A DNA stretch of 64,000 nucleotides from Candidatus Poribacteria bacterium (lineage in GTDB: Bacteria > Poribacteria > WGA-4E > UBA9662): contig JAYGDX010000073.1 in assembly GCA_046582655.1 (NCBI GenBank), forward strand, positions 1-64,000, in the 5' to 3' direction. Positions 29,078 through 39,169 of this stretch are shown here, piece after piece; positions within the stretch are counted from its first letter, which is position 1; each line of letters opens with the position of its first letter. The position numbers were made by a program, and so were the translations under genes. The notes below the pieces were generated by a model that saw only the letters and a program-made list of their open reading frames with translations, searched no databases and was not told the DNA's origin.

Positions 29078-30835
29078 TTAGTTATCTCTCAGGATTTTGA
29101 AGCGGTGAAAAGCTTGAGTAAGTTTAGCTTGGAAATCTGCGTTCTGAGCCAAGTTGGTCGAAAGACGACGGTGGAAATCTGAAAAGGCATGATCAAAATC
29201 AAGACTATTTGGTATCGAATCGAATCCATTAATTAAAGTTGCCAGGCCATCCCAACTGCTTTTTTCCGCAGCCAGATTTTCTGAAATATTACTTTTGCTG
29301 GATGCGGATACATTCCAAAAGACAGCTTCAAATACATGGAGAGATTTGATATGATTTTGATTTCTCATGTAGGCCCAGGCCAGTGTATCCAATAAGATTG
29401 GATTACTGGGATCAATCTTGACAGCATTTTGCACTAATGCAACTGCTTTTGCTGATTTTATCTTCCGTTCGATGTAGTACCAAGCTAGGTTATTTTGCCA
29501 CGTTGGATTAAACTTATCTACTTCGATTGCCCTATAGTAAAATTTCTCAAGTTCGCTTTGCCTGGCAGATTGATCGTCATTAGAGGCCAAAGTTAATGCA
29601 TGTTGCAAGAAAATTTCAAGGTTCCGATAGAGAAGTTCGTGATAGCCATGTTTTCGTGCAACCCTTTCACAAGTGGCAATGTAATCTGCTAACTCAGTTA
29701 CTTCATCTGCCGTTCCCTGCACATTTCTGAAATATAAGGCTAGCATGTTTTCATTCCAGCTCTTGTTAGATGGGTCTGATTCAAGGGCTCGGCTATAAAA
29801 GGATTTCAGCTTATTGATCCAAGGCTTACTCTTAGGATCGTTCTGTAATTGCTCCAGATAAAGTAACTCAAGCGTTTCAAAGTCTCGGCGATTATATTTC
29901 CTTTTTGTCCGGGTTTCATATTGACGGATTATGGAGTTTGACGACTTAATGGTATCCATGACAATCTCTGCCCGTGCCTCTACCATATCTGGAGTATCAG
30001 TAAAAGAGTGGAGAATTGCAATCGCAAAGCAACATGTAGTAGCAGAACCAACTAACATCCCAATTGCCTTTGTCTGGAAGGATTGGTGGGAGTCTTTCGA
30101 TCTATAAATCTGCGGTGTGATAAATGCTGCCAAAATCAAACCAGAGATAAAACCACCTACGTGGGCTACAATATTAATTTGTGGTATCCAGATCCCTACG
30201 ATCAAATCTAAAATAATAAACGGAAGTATACGGTAGCCGAAGATACGTTTCTGGTAATTTGGAAATTTATTTTTATACCAAATTCCATAGGCCACCATCA
30301 CGCCCATCACACCAAAAACAGCGCCTGATGCTCCCGCACCGACTGAATCCTTAATCCAGAACAGACTCAGCAGGTTTCCGGCAACTGCTGATGTCAGATA
30401 AATAATCAGGTATTGCCAACTGCCATAAATTCGCTCGATTAACAGGCCCAGAATCAGGATTAGTCCGATGTTAAAGACAAAATGGCTGAAACCGATATGG
30501 AGGAAAGCGCTTGTAATGAGTCGCCAATATTCGTTATTCTGAATTATCAGTGGATAAGAGTACGCTCCAAACTGGATAAGCTTCCGTAAATCCGCTTGTG
30601 AATTGTCAAAAGGACTATCCAGAAGAAAATAGATTAGTGTGTTGAGAGTAATGAATAATAGAGTAAAGCTAGGACGGAACTGGAGAAGTGATTTTATATT
30701 GTGGGACGAACTACAACTATTCTCAGGTGTGTAAGGATTGTGGCGGCCAGCGTTCGAACTTCGACCTAAACATTCCCATTTACGAATAGTCTCACTAGCA
30801 ATTTCGATGACCCGATCGTGCAATCGAACTTCCAT
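29078..30835 (-). CDS. Rhomboid intramembrane serine protease with a C-terminal TPR-like region
   Basis: WRLITSAFLH, GASGA and AHVGG motifs, then NNLAWYY…LDTLAWAY TPR. The start may be later. Confidence 0.88.
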   Translation of the reverse strand: MEVRLHDRVIEIASETIRKWECLGRSSNAGRHNPYTPENSCSSSHNIKSLLQFRPSFTLLFITLNTLIYFLLDSPFDNSQADLRKLIQFGAYSYPLIIQNNEYWRLITSAFLHIGFSHFVFNIGLILILGLLIERIYGSWQYLIIYLTSAVAGNLLSLFWIKDSVGAGASGAVFGVMGVMVAYGIWYKNKFPNYQKRIFGYRILPFIILDLIVGIWIPQINIVAHVGGFISGLILAAFITPQIYRSKDSHQSFQTKAIGMLVGSATTCCFAIAILHSFTDTPDMVEARAEIVMDTIKSSNSIIRQYETRTKRKYNRRDFETLELLYLEQLQNDPKSKPWINKLKSFYSRALESDPSNKSWNENMLALYFRNVQGTADEVTELADYIATCERVARKHGYHELLYRNLEIFLQHALTLASNDDQSARQSELEKFYYRAIEVDKFNPTWQNNLAWYYIERKIKSAKAVALVQNAVKIDPSNPILLDTLAWAYMRNQNHIKSLHVFEAVFWNVSASSKSNISENLAAEKSSWDGLATLINGFDSIPNSLDFDHAFSDFHRRLSTNLAQNADFQAKLTQAFHRFKILRDN

Positions 30836-30847
30836 GGCTCAAACCGG

Positions 30848-31597
30848 CTACTCTTCTCGTTCGGTTACTACAATAACAGAAGATCCACGATCCTGTCCAC
30901 CATGACCATCTTGAACAAGAACACTGATCAGGTAGCTGCCAGGTACATCGGCAACGAGCTTTACACTTGTTCCTTCGGTTGATTCAAGCAGACCACCGGC
31001 ATCAGCATTTTCTTGATCTCTAGCCGACCATTCATACAACAATTTGTCACCGTCTGGATCATCTGCCTGCGCAACAAGAAAAATTTCTTGGTTAGTGTAA
31101 TGAGGAGGCATTGGGCTAATGGTTATTGGATCTGTCGAATTAAGTGTTGGTTGACGATTAGTCGTCGCAACACTAATAAAGGTGGAACGTGTGATTTTGC
31201 CGTCGTTACCGTCATCAATTATAACAGTTATAAGGTAGGTTCCACCTTCAGTTGCGGAGAAATTAACACGTGATCCTTCATTAAGTGCAGACTTCTTTTC
31301 TTCTTCTTTAGCGTCTTCAGACGAGACACCAGCAACAAACACAACAGATGTTACATCTTTGCTTTCAGGATTTCTGGCAGTCCACACATAACTGAGTTCG
31401 TCCTGATCCGGATCTTTAGCCTTCGCTTCCAGAACAATTATCTGCCCTGTAGAAACAGATAGCGGTGGTACAATTGTGGATATGATGCTATCATAACCTT
31501 CTTCCATCTTCGGTGGTTCATTGCTACTGCAACCGAAGAAGATTGTTACCGTTATCAAAGTAAAGAGCAGAAACCTGAAATAACTTAGTTTTCCCAT
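30848..31597 (-). CDS. Lipoprotein with two PKD/Ig-like (DPDxD) repeats
   Basis: MGKLS…IFFG-C lipobox and two copies of A.DPD.D.L.Y.W.A…G.Y.I.V…DG..G. ATG at 31597 follows GAGGG. Confidence 0.8.
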   Translation of the reverse strand: MGKLSYFRFLLFTLITVTIFFGCSSNEPPKMEEGYDSIISTIVPPLSVSTGQIIVLEAKAKDPDQDELSYVWTARNPESKDVTSVVFVAGVSSEDAKEEEKKSALNEGSRVNFSATEGGTYLITVIIDDGNDGKITRSTFISVATTNRQPTLNSTDPITISPMPPHYTNQEIFLVAQADDPDGDKLLYEWSARDQENADAGGLLESTEGTSVKLVADVPGSYLISVLVQDGHGGQDRGSSVIVVTEREE

Positions 31598-31950
31598 TAA
31601 GCTTCCCTCAGCACAATTTTTACATGGTATTCGTTTGATATAGAATATGTTGGAACCAGACAACCAGAAATCTATCATAAACACCTCATAATGTCAAAGG
31701 AAAAAGTGAGAGATAGAGAGTTAACAGGTCATCTTTGAATCCCATAAACAGGAAAACAAACCACATTTTCTTCATGTTTTTTATTTGAATTTTAAAAAAA
31801 ATTATGATATATTTGACGACTCGTAAGTGAATTTTCATCATGTTTCTGGTGGATTGTCCTTATGAGAAAGATGTTGGATTTGCAATAGAGCAATAACATA
31901 TTTGAAACTGCTATTCTGTTAAAGTAAAGAGGAACGATAGTTACTACAGC

Positions 31951-32664
31951 ATGAACGAAAACCCAGATGCGCAAGCGTATCGCGAGAAATTTAACGCTAT
32001 ATGGAACCATTTCCAAAATGGTTATAATCCAGCAGTTTATGACCCCGAACGCGCTGCAGGATTTGAGGGAAGAAAGACCAGTTTAGCGCTTGCAATTTTG
32101 ATCAAAAACTCTGAGATTCTCTCCCAAATAGCTGAAGTGGCCGATACTGTCAGCAGGATTGCCGATGTCTACGTCATGCCTCCAGATTATTATCATATCA
32201 CTGTCAAATGGCTTGGGTTTCTAACCGATCAGAAGGTGCTTGAATGTGATATAGAAACTTATATGCTGGAGCAGATTCTGGAGCAGGCTGAACAGATCAT
32301 TTCACGTATTCAGGTTTTCCAAATCCGCTTAGGAAGGATTAATGGTCTTGAAGGCTATATTGTTTTAGAAGCCGAAGATAACGGTGCAATTGCTCAGATT
32401 CAAGGTCACTTTCATTCTGAGGCAACAGCGATTCCTAAATATCCACTTGAGGGGGAAAGATGGTTACCACATATGAGCATAGCTGGTGTTAAAAGCAAGC
32501 ATCAACTTGGCGAATTGAAAGAGAAAATCAAAAAGATCCGCAACATCGAAGTTGGTACCATCGAAGTGACTCATATTGATTTGTTACAGGCAGTCCTAAA
32601 AAAACCATACCCGCACTGTCAAATTCTACAATCTTTCCCACTCGCTCCTTCTTCCTCGATCTAG
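31951..32664 (+). CDS. 2H phosphoesterase (2'-5' RNA ligase-like) family protein
   Basis: Two Hx[T/S]x motifs, HITV and HMSI. Confidence 0.8.
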   Translation: MNENPDAQAYREKFNAIWNHFQNGYNPAVYDPERAAGFEGRKTSLALAILIKNSEILSQIAEVADTVSRIADVYVMPPDYYHITVKWLGFLTDQKVLECDIETYMLEQILEQAEQIISRIQVFQIRLGRINGLEGYIVLEAEDNGAIAQIQGHFHSEATAIPKYPLEGERWLPHMSIAGVKSKHQLGELKEKIKKIRNIEVGTIEVTHIDLLQAVLKKPYPHCQILQSFPLAPSSSI

Positions 32665-32807
32665 GATCACAAAGTAACCTGCTTTATCCCAGTTCTGGCT
32701 GCCTATAACCCATTTGACATCTTGAGGATGATCCTTTTATATTTGAAGATTAACCATAAATAGAATATAATGTCGCTTGCGAACTAACGAAAATTAAGGG
32801 TGTAAGT

Positions 32808-33857
32808 ATGGTAAGAATTGGAATTATCGGCATCGGCTTTATGGGAATGATTCATTACTATGGCATACAAAAAGTCCTAGGTGGTAAAGTCACAGCTATC
32901 TGTACGAGAAACCCGGAAAAATTGGATGGAGACTGGACATCAATCCAAGGCAATTTTGGGCCGAGAGGATCATTGGAAGATCTATCAGATATTAAGACTT
33001 ATGACGATATTGATGTCATCCTCGCAGATCCAGAAATAGATCTAATTGATATATGTTTGCCAACTCATCGTCACAAAGATGTTACCATTTCAGCACTTAA
33101 ATCAGGAAAGCATGTCTTGGTTGAAAAACCAATTGCGATTGATCTCGACTCTGCAAATGAAATGACACGGGTTGCAGATGAAACCGGCAACAGATTGATG
33201 GTGGCTCATGTCCTACCATTCTTTGCAGAATTCAGTTACGCACTTGAAGCAGTTAAAAATGGTGAATACGGTGAACTATTGAGTGCAAACCTAAAACGCA
33301 TAACCTCAAAATCTGCCGATCCCCCTAGTGCCGCTGACGTAGAAAAGAGCGGTGGCCCGGGCATTGATCTACATATCCATGACACACATTTTATTCAGTT
33401 ATTGAATGGTATGCCGGACGCTGTCTTCTCACAGGGAAAACTCATTGGTGAGAAATATACTAACTACCTGACGACTCAATATATCTATAAAGATAATCCA
33501 GTCACAATTAGTTGTTCCTCTGGTTCTATATCACAAAAGGGGAGAGCTTTTTCACATGGATTCGAGATTTTCTTGCAGAAAGCTACACTACTTTTCGAAT
33601 CCGCAACGCTGGGTGGCCAACCAGTTATTTCACAACCGCTTACAATCATTACTGATGATGGCGAAGTAGAACAGGTAAATCTAGGCGATACCAATCCGGT
33701 TGACGCATTTACCAATGAAATACATCATGCTGTTGACGCTATCAATAGCAATTCAGACCCTGCCTTGCTTTCCGGTGATAAAGCTAGAGATGCACTACTT
33801 CTCTGCTATAAAGAAGCTGAATCTGTCCGTACTGGGGAGATCATCACAGTCGAATGA
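32808..33857 (+). CDS. Gfo/Idh/MocA family oxidoreductase
   Basis: GIIGIGFMG, GKHVLVEKP and DLHIHD motifs. Confidence 0.92.
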   Translation: MVRIGIIGIGFMGMIHYYGIQKVLGGKVTAICTRNPEKLDGDWTSIQGNFGPRGSLEDLSDIKTYDDIDVILADPEIDLIDICLPTHRHKDVTISALKSGKHVLVEKPIAIDLDSANEMTRVADETGNRLMVAHVLPFFAEFSYALEAVKNGEYGELLSANLKRITSKSADPPSAADVEKSGGPGIDLHIHDTHFIQLLNGMPDAVFSQGKLIGEKYTNYLTTQYIYKDNPVTISCSSGSISQKGRAFSHGFEIFLQKATLLFESATLGGQPVISQPLTIITDDGEVEQVNLGDTNPVDAFTNEIHHAVDAINSNSDPALLSGDKARDALLLCYKEAESVRTGEIITVE

Positions 33858-34741
33858 GAGTCGCAATTATCTCTCGTGGCAATCAAGTATATTCAACTCG
33901 CAGATTAATGGAGGCCGCCGAGCTTTCAGGACATCAAACGCAAATTCTTGACCCATTCGGTTTCTCACTACATGTTCAAAATGATAATATCCGAATATTT
34001 TACAATGGATACGTTGCGGAAAATTTTGACCTGATTATTCCTCGTTTTAGTGCGGCAACAGCAGAATTTGGGTTCGAAATTCTATCACATTTCGCCTCAC
34101 TTCACACTGCATGTATTATCAACTCACCAGATGCCATTCAGAACGCACGCCATAAATTTAGATCCCTGCGCATTCTTGCTGAACATAATATTCCTATACT
34201 ACCTAGTTTCACTACTGGGACCACCGAATCACTAGAGCAATCGGTTTCTTATATAGGTGCTGAATATCCTGTTATAGCCAAGCCTTTCATCGGTACACAT
34301 GGCAAGGGTATTATGCTGCTTGACACTCTCATCTCACTGCAATCAGCGATCGGTGCAATGTGTGATGTTAATCGGAACTATGTTGTGCAAAAGTATGTCG
34401 ACCTCAATTCAAGTGGGGATGTCCGGGTAATCGTTGTTGGCGATAAGGCGGTCGCTGGTATGAAACGTGTTCCCCAAAACGGTGAATTTCGCTCTAACGT
34501 TCATCGGGGCGGAATTGGTCACCAGCTCATCATTGGTCATGAATTGAGAGATATCGCTGTTGGTGCGGTGAAAACCCTCAATTTGGAGGTGGCAGGCGTT
34601 GATTTAGTAGAAACAGAAGGTGGGTATGCTGTACTTGAAGTCAATCCATCACCTGGTTTTGAGGAGATTGAGGCAGTGACAAGCATACATGTCGCTGAAG
34701 CGATTATCGCATTTGCTATAGAAGCAACCAAAGAAGAATGA
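33854..34741 (+). CDS. RimK-family ATP-grasp alpha-L-glutamate ligase
   Basis: YSTRRLMEAA, FRSNVHRGG and AGVDL…LEVNPSPG motifs; ATGA overlap with the upstream gene. Confidence 0.9.
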   Translation: MRVAIISRGNQVYSTRRLMEAAELSGHQTQILDPFGFSLHVQNDNIRIFYNGYVAENFDLIIPRFSAATAEFGFEILSHFASLHTACIINSPDAIQNARHKFRSLRILAEHNIPILPSFTTGTTESLEQSVSYIGAEYPVIAKPFIGTHGKGIMLLDTLISLQSAIGAMCDVNRNYVVQKYVDLNSSGDVRVIVVGDKAVAGMKRVPQNGEFRSNVHRGGIGHQLIIGHELRDIAVGAVKTLNLEVAGVDLVETEGGYAVLEVNPSPGFEEIEAVTSIHVAEAIIAFAIEATKEE

Positions 34742-36351
34742 ATGATTCAGAAGACTTACAAGATGTAATGCGAAGCGTTGGTATTGTCAGCATAGCCATA
34801 ATGGTTTCGCGGGTCTTAGGCCTTGTACGAGAGCAAGTCGTGGCCTACTTCTTTGGATCAACTGCTGTCACTGACGCTTTTTATGCTGCGTTCCGTATCC
34901 CAAATTTGATGCGGGATCTATTTGGTGAAGGGGTTCTGAGCAAGGCGTTTATCACGACTTTCAAAATAACGGAAGCTGAAGATGGCGAAGAATCTGCTTG
35001 GCATTTATCGAACCGGATTTTTAACAGTGTGGCTGTGGTTCTTGTTATCCTGACAATGATTGGTATTTTGATTGCACCAATCATTGTTGATCTCATGTTT
35101 ATGGGGCGAGGTTTTGATGTTCACCTCAATCCCTCCGATCATTTTGGTTTCACCAATAAGCGTGATCTTACCGTTTATCTGACCCGAATCATGTTTCCTT
35201 TCTTGTTGCTAGTTTCATTTGCCGCTATAGCCATGGGGATTTTAAATGGTAGAGGTAAATTTGGCGTTCCAGCAATGGCATCCTCCTTTTTCAATATTTC
35301 AACAATTATTATTGGTGTTTTGGGTTATCATCTCGGTCCAAAAGCCGGGTTTCATCCGGTCACTGGTTTAGCTGTTGGAACCTTGGTTGGAGGAGGAACA
35401 CAGTTTTTTATCCAGTTGCCGTCAATGTGGTGTGTTGGATTCCGTTACCGGTTGCTAATCAGTTTTAAAGATAAACGTGTCAAGCAGGTGTTTTTTTTAG
35501 TCGTTCCTGCAATCTTAGGGGTGGCAGCAGTACAAATCAATGTTTTGGTTAATGGTATGTTCGCCTCGGCAGGTGAAAACTGGCTTTCATGGATTGCGTG
35601 GGCCTTTCGGTTGATGCATCTTCCGATCGGCATTTTTGGTGTGGCCATATCAACCGTTGCATTGCCGAACTTGGCTGGATTTGTGTCAAGAGGTGAAATC
35701 GAAGAGTTTCGTGAATCGTTCTCGTTTGCTTTGCGGCTGGTTTTTCTCTTAACAATTCCTGCTTCGGTTGGATTAATGGTTTTATCCAAACCCATCTGCC
35801 AATTAATTTATGGGATTGGTAAGAATTTTGAGAACACCGATCCGATTGCGGTAACCTTATTCTTTTACTCTTTTGGATTGTGTGGTTATTCGGCTGTCAA
35901 GATTGTAACTGACGGCTTTTACGCTTTTAATGACACGAAAACGCCTGTCAAAGTTAGTTTATTAGCAGTCGGGCTCAACATTGTCCTTAACTATTTTTTT
36001 ATCTTTAAATTGGGGTTGGAATACAGATCCCTTGCGCTTTCAACTTCCTGTACGATAACGCTAAATTTTTTACTTTTGCTGATCTTACTACGCAGAAAAA
36101 TTGGGAGTCTTGCCTTAGAAGGTATTTGGCATTTCTTAATTAAACTTGGGTTCGCCAGTACTATTATGGGAATTAGTTGCTGGATCACGAGTTCAATCAT
36201 TAAAAACCAGATGAGCGCTGACAGTTTGATCGGCCGTTTGCTTGAAGTATTTCTGCCCATAAGTACTGGGTTGTTGGTTCTAGTTGTGATGTATAAACTG
36301 TTGAAAATCCGGGAACTGGATCAGTTGCTCAATGGCATCCTGCGGTGCTAG
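34738..36351 (+). CDS. murJ: Lipid II flippase MurJ (MviN)
   Basis: SRVLGLVRE, DAFYAAFRIPNLMRDLFGEG, RLMHLPIG and FYAFNDTKTP motifs. Confidence 0.95.
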   Translation: MNDSEDLQDVMRSVGIVSIAIMVSRVLGLVREQVVAYFFGSTAVTDAFYAAFRIPNLMRDLFGEGVLSKAFITTFKITEAEDGEESAWHLSNRIFNSVAVVLVILTMIGILIAPIIVDLMFMGRGFDVHLNPSDHFGFTNKRDLTVYLTRIMFPFLLLVSFAAIAMGILNGRGKFGVPAMASSFFNISTIIIGVLGYHLGPKAGFHPVTGLAVGTLVGGGTQFFIQLPSMWCVGFRYRLLISFKDKRVKQVFFLVVPAILGVAAVQINVLVNGMFASAGENWLSWIAWAFRLMHLPIGIFGVAISTVALPNLAGFVSRGEIEEFRESFSFALRLVFLLTIPASVGLMVLSKPICQLIYGIGKNFENTDPIAVTLFFYSFGLCGYSAVKIVTDGFYAFNDTKTPVKVSLLAVGLNIVLNYFFIFKLGLEYRSLALSTSCTITLNFLLLLILLRRKIGSLALEGIWHFLIKLGFASTIMGISCWITSSIIKNQMSADSLIGRLLEVFLPISTGLLVLVVMYKLLKIRELDQLLNGILRC

Positions 36352-36362
36352 CTGAAAGTCGA

Positions 36363-36391
36363 TTGACAGTATTCAGTCACCATGATATGAT
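36363..36391 (+). promoter_or_regulatory. Sigma70 promoter directly ahead of the MazG-like gene
   Basis: TTGACA-17 nt-TATGAT with TG at the extended -10 position; GTG start 7 nt downstream. Confidence 0.7.
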
Positions 36392-36398
36392 TTGCGCC

Positions 36399-36731
36399 GT
36401 GGAACTTACGTTGAAAAATTGTCAGAAACTGGTCGACGACTGGGTGCAAACAATTGGTCTTCGTTATTTCTCAGAATTGACCAATACCGCGATTTTGATG
36501 GAAGAGGTGGGTGAGGTGGCCAGAATCATGTCCCGTCGTTTCGGCGATCAAAGCTTCAAGAAATCCGATTTGGAGGTCGATTTAGCAGAAGAGATGGCCG
36601 ATGTTCTCTTTGTTTTGATTTGTTTGGCAAATCAGACCCACATAGATCTCGAATCAGCGTTTCGGCAGTCAATTAAAAAGAAGACAAAACGGGACGAACA
36701 ACGGCATCTCGACAACCCAAAATTAAACTAA
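36399..36731 (+). CDS. MazG-like nucleotide pyrophosphohydrolase (YpjD-like)
   Basis: LMEEVGEVAR and EEMADVLFVLICLANQ motifs. GTG at 36399 gives the family-typical N-terminus MELTLK..QK.VD.W. Confidence 0.9.
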   Translation: MELTLKNCQKLVDDWVQTIGLRYFSELTNTAILMEEVGEVARIMSRRFGDQSFKKSDLEVDLAEEMADVLFVLICLANQTHIDLESAFRQSIKKKTKRDEQRHLDNPKLN

Positions 36732-36744
36732 GGCTAACAAGAAA

Positions 36745-37563
36745 ATGGATCAAGAAACAGTCAGCTTAATGGTATCGCAACGTCTGCATTTTGATATTTA
36801 CGGGTATGTTTTATTGAAAAACGTGTTGGCACCAGATGAGATTGAACGGATGAAGTCTGCTCTTCATCGGGCTGACAAGGACCCAAATCTGGATGCCGAC
36901 ACCCAGGTATATGTGAGACGGAATAGTGATCATTATGTGTTACTCGGCAATTTGGTAGAGTATGATTCAGCATTACTGGAATATGCGGTTCATCCCAAGC
37001 TCGTTCCCTTAGTAGAGGAGGTTGTTGGTGGCAAGGTACGATTGGAAGAAACGGAAGCGATCATCAATAGCCGCGATCCGGATACCGATCTGCAGGAATT
37101 GGAGAAACGATGTTATAATCCAATTGGGTTTCATCGTGGAACCCAACACGGTTGGGGAACTTATATTGAACAAAACAAGTTTCACTGTGTTTTCGTCAAA
37201 ACCCTTGCTTACCTGACGAATGTTGGACCGGACGATGGCGGAACAGCTTTTATTCCAGGTAGTCATCGTTTGACTTGGGACCGGAGTGAAATGATTGAGG
37301 CAGCTATGTCGGATGACAGCCTCGTTTGTCAAGTAGAAGCTGAGGCTGGAGATATCCTGTTGTTTCCTGAATCATTAATTCACAGTACAACTGCAATCAA
37401 ATCTGATAGGGAGCGAACGATTCTGATTGCTGGTTATACACCAACTATGTTCCAACCTTGGCCTGGAAATGAAGTCAATCCCGAGTTCGTCAAAACTTTG
37501 CCTGACGAGATGCGCGCATTAATATCTGGCAGTGAAAGCTGGATCTGGCAACGTAAGTACTAA
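36745..37563 (+). CDS. PhyH-family Fe(II)/2OG oxygenase with an H-R-G variant of the iron motif
   Basis: FDIYGYVLL, GFHRG, DGGTAFIPGSHR and AGDILLFPESLIHS motifs. Confidence 0.85.
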   Translation: MDQETVSLMVSQRLHFDIYGYVLLKNVLAPDEIERMKSALHRADKDPNLDADTQVYVRRNSDHYVLLGNLVEYDSALLEYAVHPKLVPLVEEVVGGKVRLEETEAIINSRDPDTDLQELEKRCYNPIGFHRGTQHGWGTYIEQNKFHCVFVKTLAYLTNVGPDDGGTAFIPGSHRLTWDRSEMIEAAMSDDSLVCQVEAEAGDILLFPESLIHSTTAIKSDRERTILIAGYTPTMFQPWPGNEVNPEFVKTLPDEMRALISGSESWIWQRKY

Positions 37564-37695
37564 ATATCTGACCTTCTTGCAGAGGGTTGGTAATGTCATT
37601 TAGATTGGAATGGGAAATCCCCTCATTGATAGTTGATGTGGCGCGTTTTACCATTTACGCGTGGAATCTATTAAAAATTTCAGGAGAATAGCAAC

Positions 37696-39159
37696 TTGCA
37701 AAAAGCGGATATTGGTCTAATAGGGCTAGCCGTAATGGGTGAAAACCTGGCTTTGAATATAGAAAGTAAGGGCTTTTCAATTGCCGTTTTTAACCGTACT
37801 GTTTCAAAGGTAGATGATCTTATCAACGGACGTGCCAAAGGTAAAAATTTTATCGGGGCAAAATCGATTGAGGAATTCATCGATTCACTTTCGAGGCCGC
37901 GAAAGATCATCCTGTTGGTCAAAGCCGGCGATCCTGTTGATCAATTTATTGATATACTAGTTCCCCATCTGGAGAAAGGTGATCTAGTTATTGATGGTGG
38001 TAACTCGAATTATATGGACACTATCCGTCGTTCCAAATCACTGATGGAAAAAGGATTTCTTTTTATTGGTACGGGAGTTTCAGGTGGTGAGGAAGGTGCG
38101 TTAAAAGGACCGGCAATGATGCCTGGTGGATCAGCAGAAGCGTATTCGCTTGTTGAATCGATTTTCACCAAAATTGCCGCTCAAGTAGAGGGTGTGCCGT
38201 GTTGCTCCTACATCGGTGACAACGGTGCTGGACACTATGTGAAAATGGTACATAACGGAATTGAATATGGTGATATGCAGCTTATTTGTGAAGCTTATGA
38301 CCTGATGACACAAGCACTTGGTATGGATGCCCAGCAGATCCACCAAGCCTTTGATGAATGGAATCAGGGAGAATTGGGATCATATCTGATTGAAATCACC
38401 GCCGATATTTTCACCCAAATCGATCAATCTGGCGTTCCACTAGTCGATCAAATTCTCGATCAAGCTGGTCAGAAAGGGACAGGTAAGTGGACAGGGATCT
38501 CTGCCTTGACACTTGGTGTTTCGGTTCCCACCATCGTGGAAGCCGTTTTTGCCCGTTGTATTTCTGCCATTAAAAGCGAGCGGGTTGAAGCTTCAAAGAT
38601 CCTCAGTGGACCAAAAGTTGAGTTTGAGGGAGATAAGGGGGAATTCCTGAAAGCTATTCGTGACGCACTGTATGCGGCTAAAATATGTTCATATGCTCAA
38701 GGGTTTGGCTTGATGCGCCAAGCCAGTTTTAACTATAACTGGAACCTCGATTTTGGTCAAATCAGTCTGGGGTGGCGTGGTGGATGTATTATCCGGGCGA
38801 AGTTTCTATATCGAATTGCGGAAGCTTTTGACCGCAATCCAAACCTGCCGAATCTGCTTCTCGACGACTATTTTCAGAATATAATTGGATCCACCCAGCC
38901 GAATTGGCGTCGTGTAATTATAACAGCTATCCAACTTGGCATACCAGTCCCAGCCTTCAGTTCAGCCTTGGCATACTTTGATAGCTACCGTAGTGCTAGA
39001 GTTCCGGCCAACCTGATTCAGGCACAACGTGATTATTTTGGCGCACACACCTACCACAAGATTAACACCGATGGAAATACCATTGTTGATCAAGTTGGGG
39101 AACCAGTCATCTTTCATACTGAGTGGATGCTTAAAGACAGACCAGAAATCGAAGTATAG
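37696..39159 (+). CDS. gndA: 6-phosphogluconate dehydrogenase, decarboxylating (NADP+)
   Basis: GLIGLAVMG, VSGGEEGA, VKMVHNGIEY, QKGTGKW and QAQRDYFGAH motifs; TTG start after AGGAG. Confidence 0.97.
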   Translation: MQKADIGLIGLAVMGENLALNIESKGFSIAVFNRTVSKVDDLINGRAKGKNFIGAKSIEEFIDSLSRPRKIILLVKAGDPVDQFIDILVPHLEKGDLVIDGGNSNYMDTIRRSKSLMEKGFLFIGTGVSGGEEGALKGPAMMPGGSAEAYSLVESIFTKIAAQVEGVPCCSYIGDNGAGHYVKMVHNGIEYGDMQLICEAYDLMTQALGMDAQQIHQAFDEWNQGELGSYLIEITADIFTQIDQSGVPLVDQILDQAGQKGTGKWTGISALTLGVSVPTIVEAVFARCISAIKSERVEASKILSGPKVEFEGDKGEFLKAIRDALYAAKICSYAQGFGLMRQASFNYNWNLDFGQISLGWRGGCIIRAKFLYRIAEAFDRNPNLPNLLLDDYFQNIIGSTQPNWRRVIITAIQLGIPVPAFSSALAYFDSYRSARVPANLIQAQRDYFGAHTYHKINTDGNTIVDQVGEPVIFHTEWMLKDRPEIEV

Positions 39160-39169
39160 GAGGAACGGT

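Noticed and set aside
39029..39169. N-terminal extension of the HAD ORF overlapping gndA
   Set aside because: A strong AGGAGG precedes ATG 39170, and the extension overlaps gndA coding sequence.
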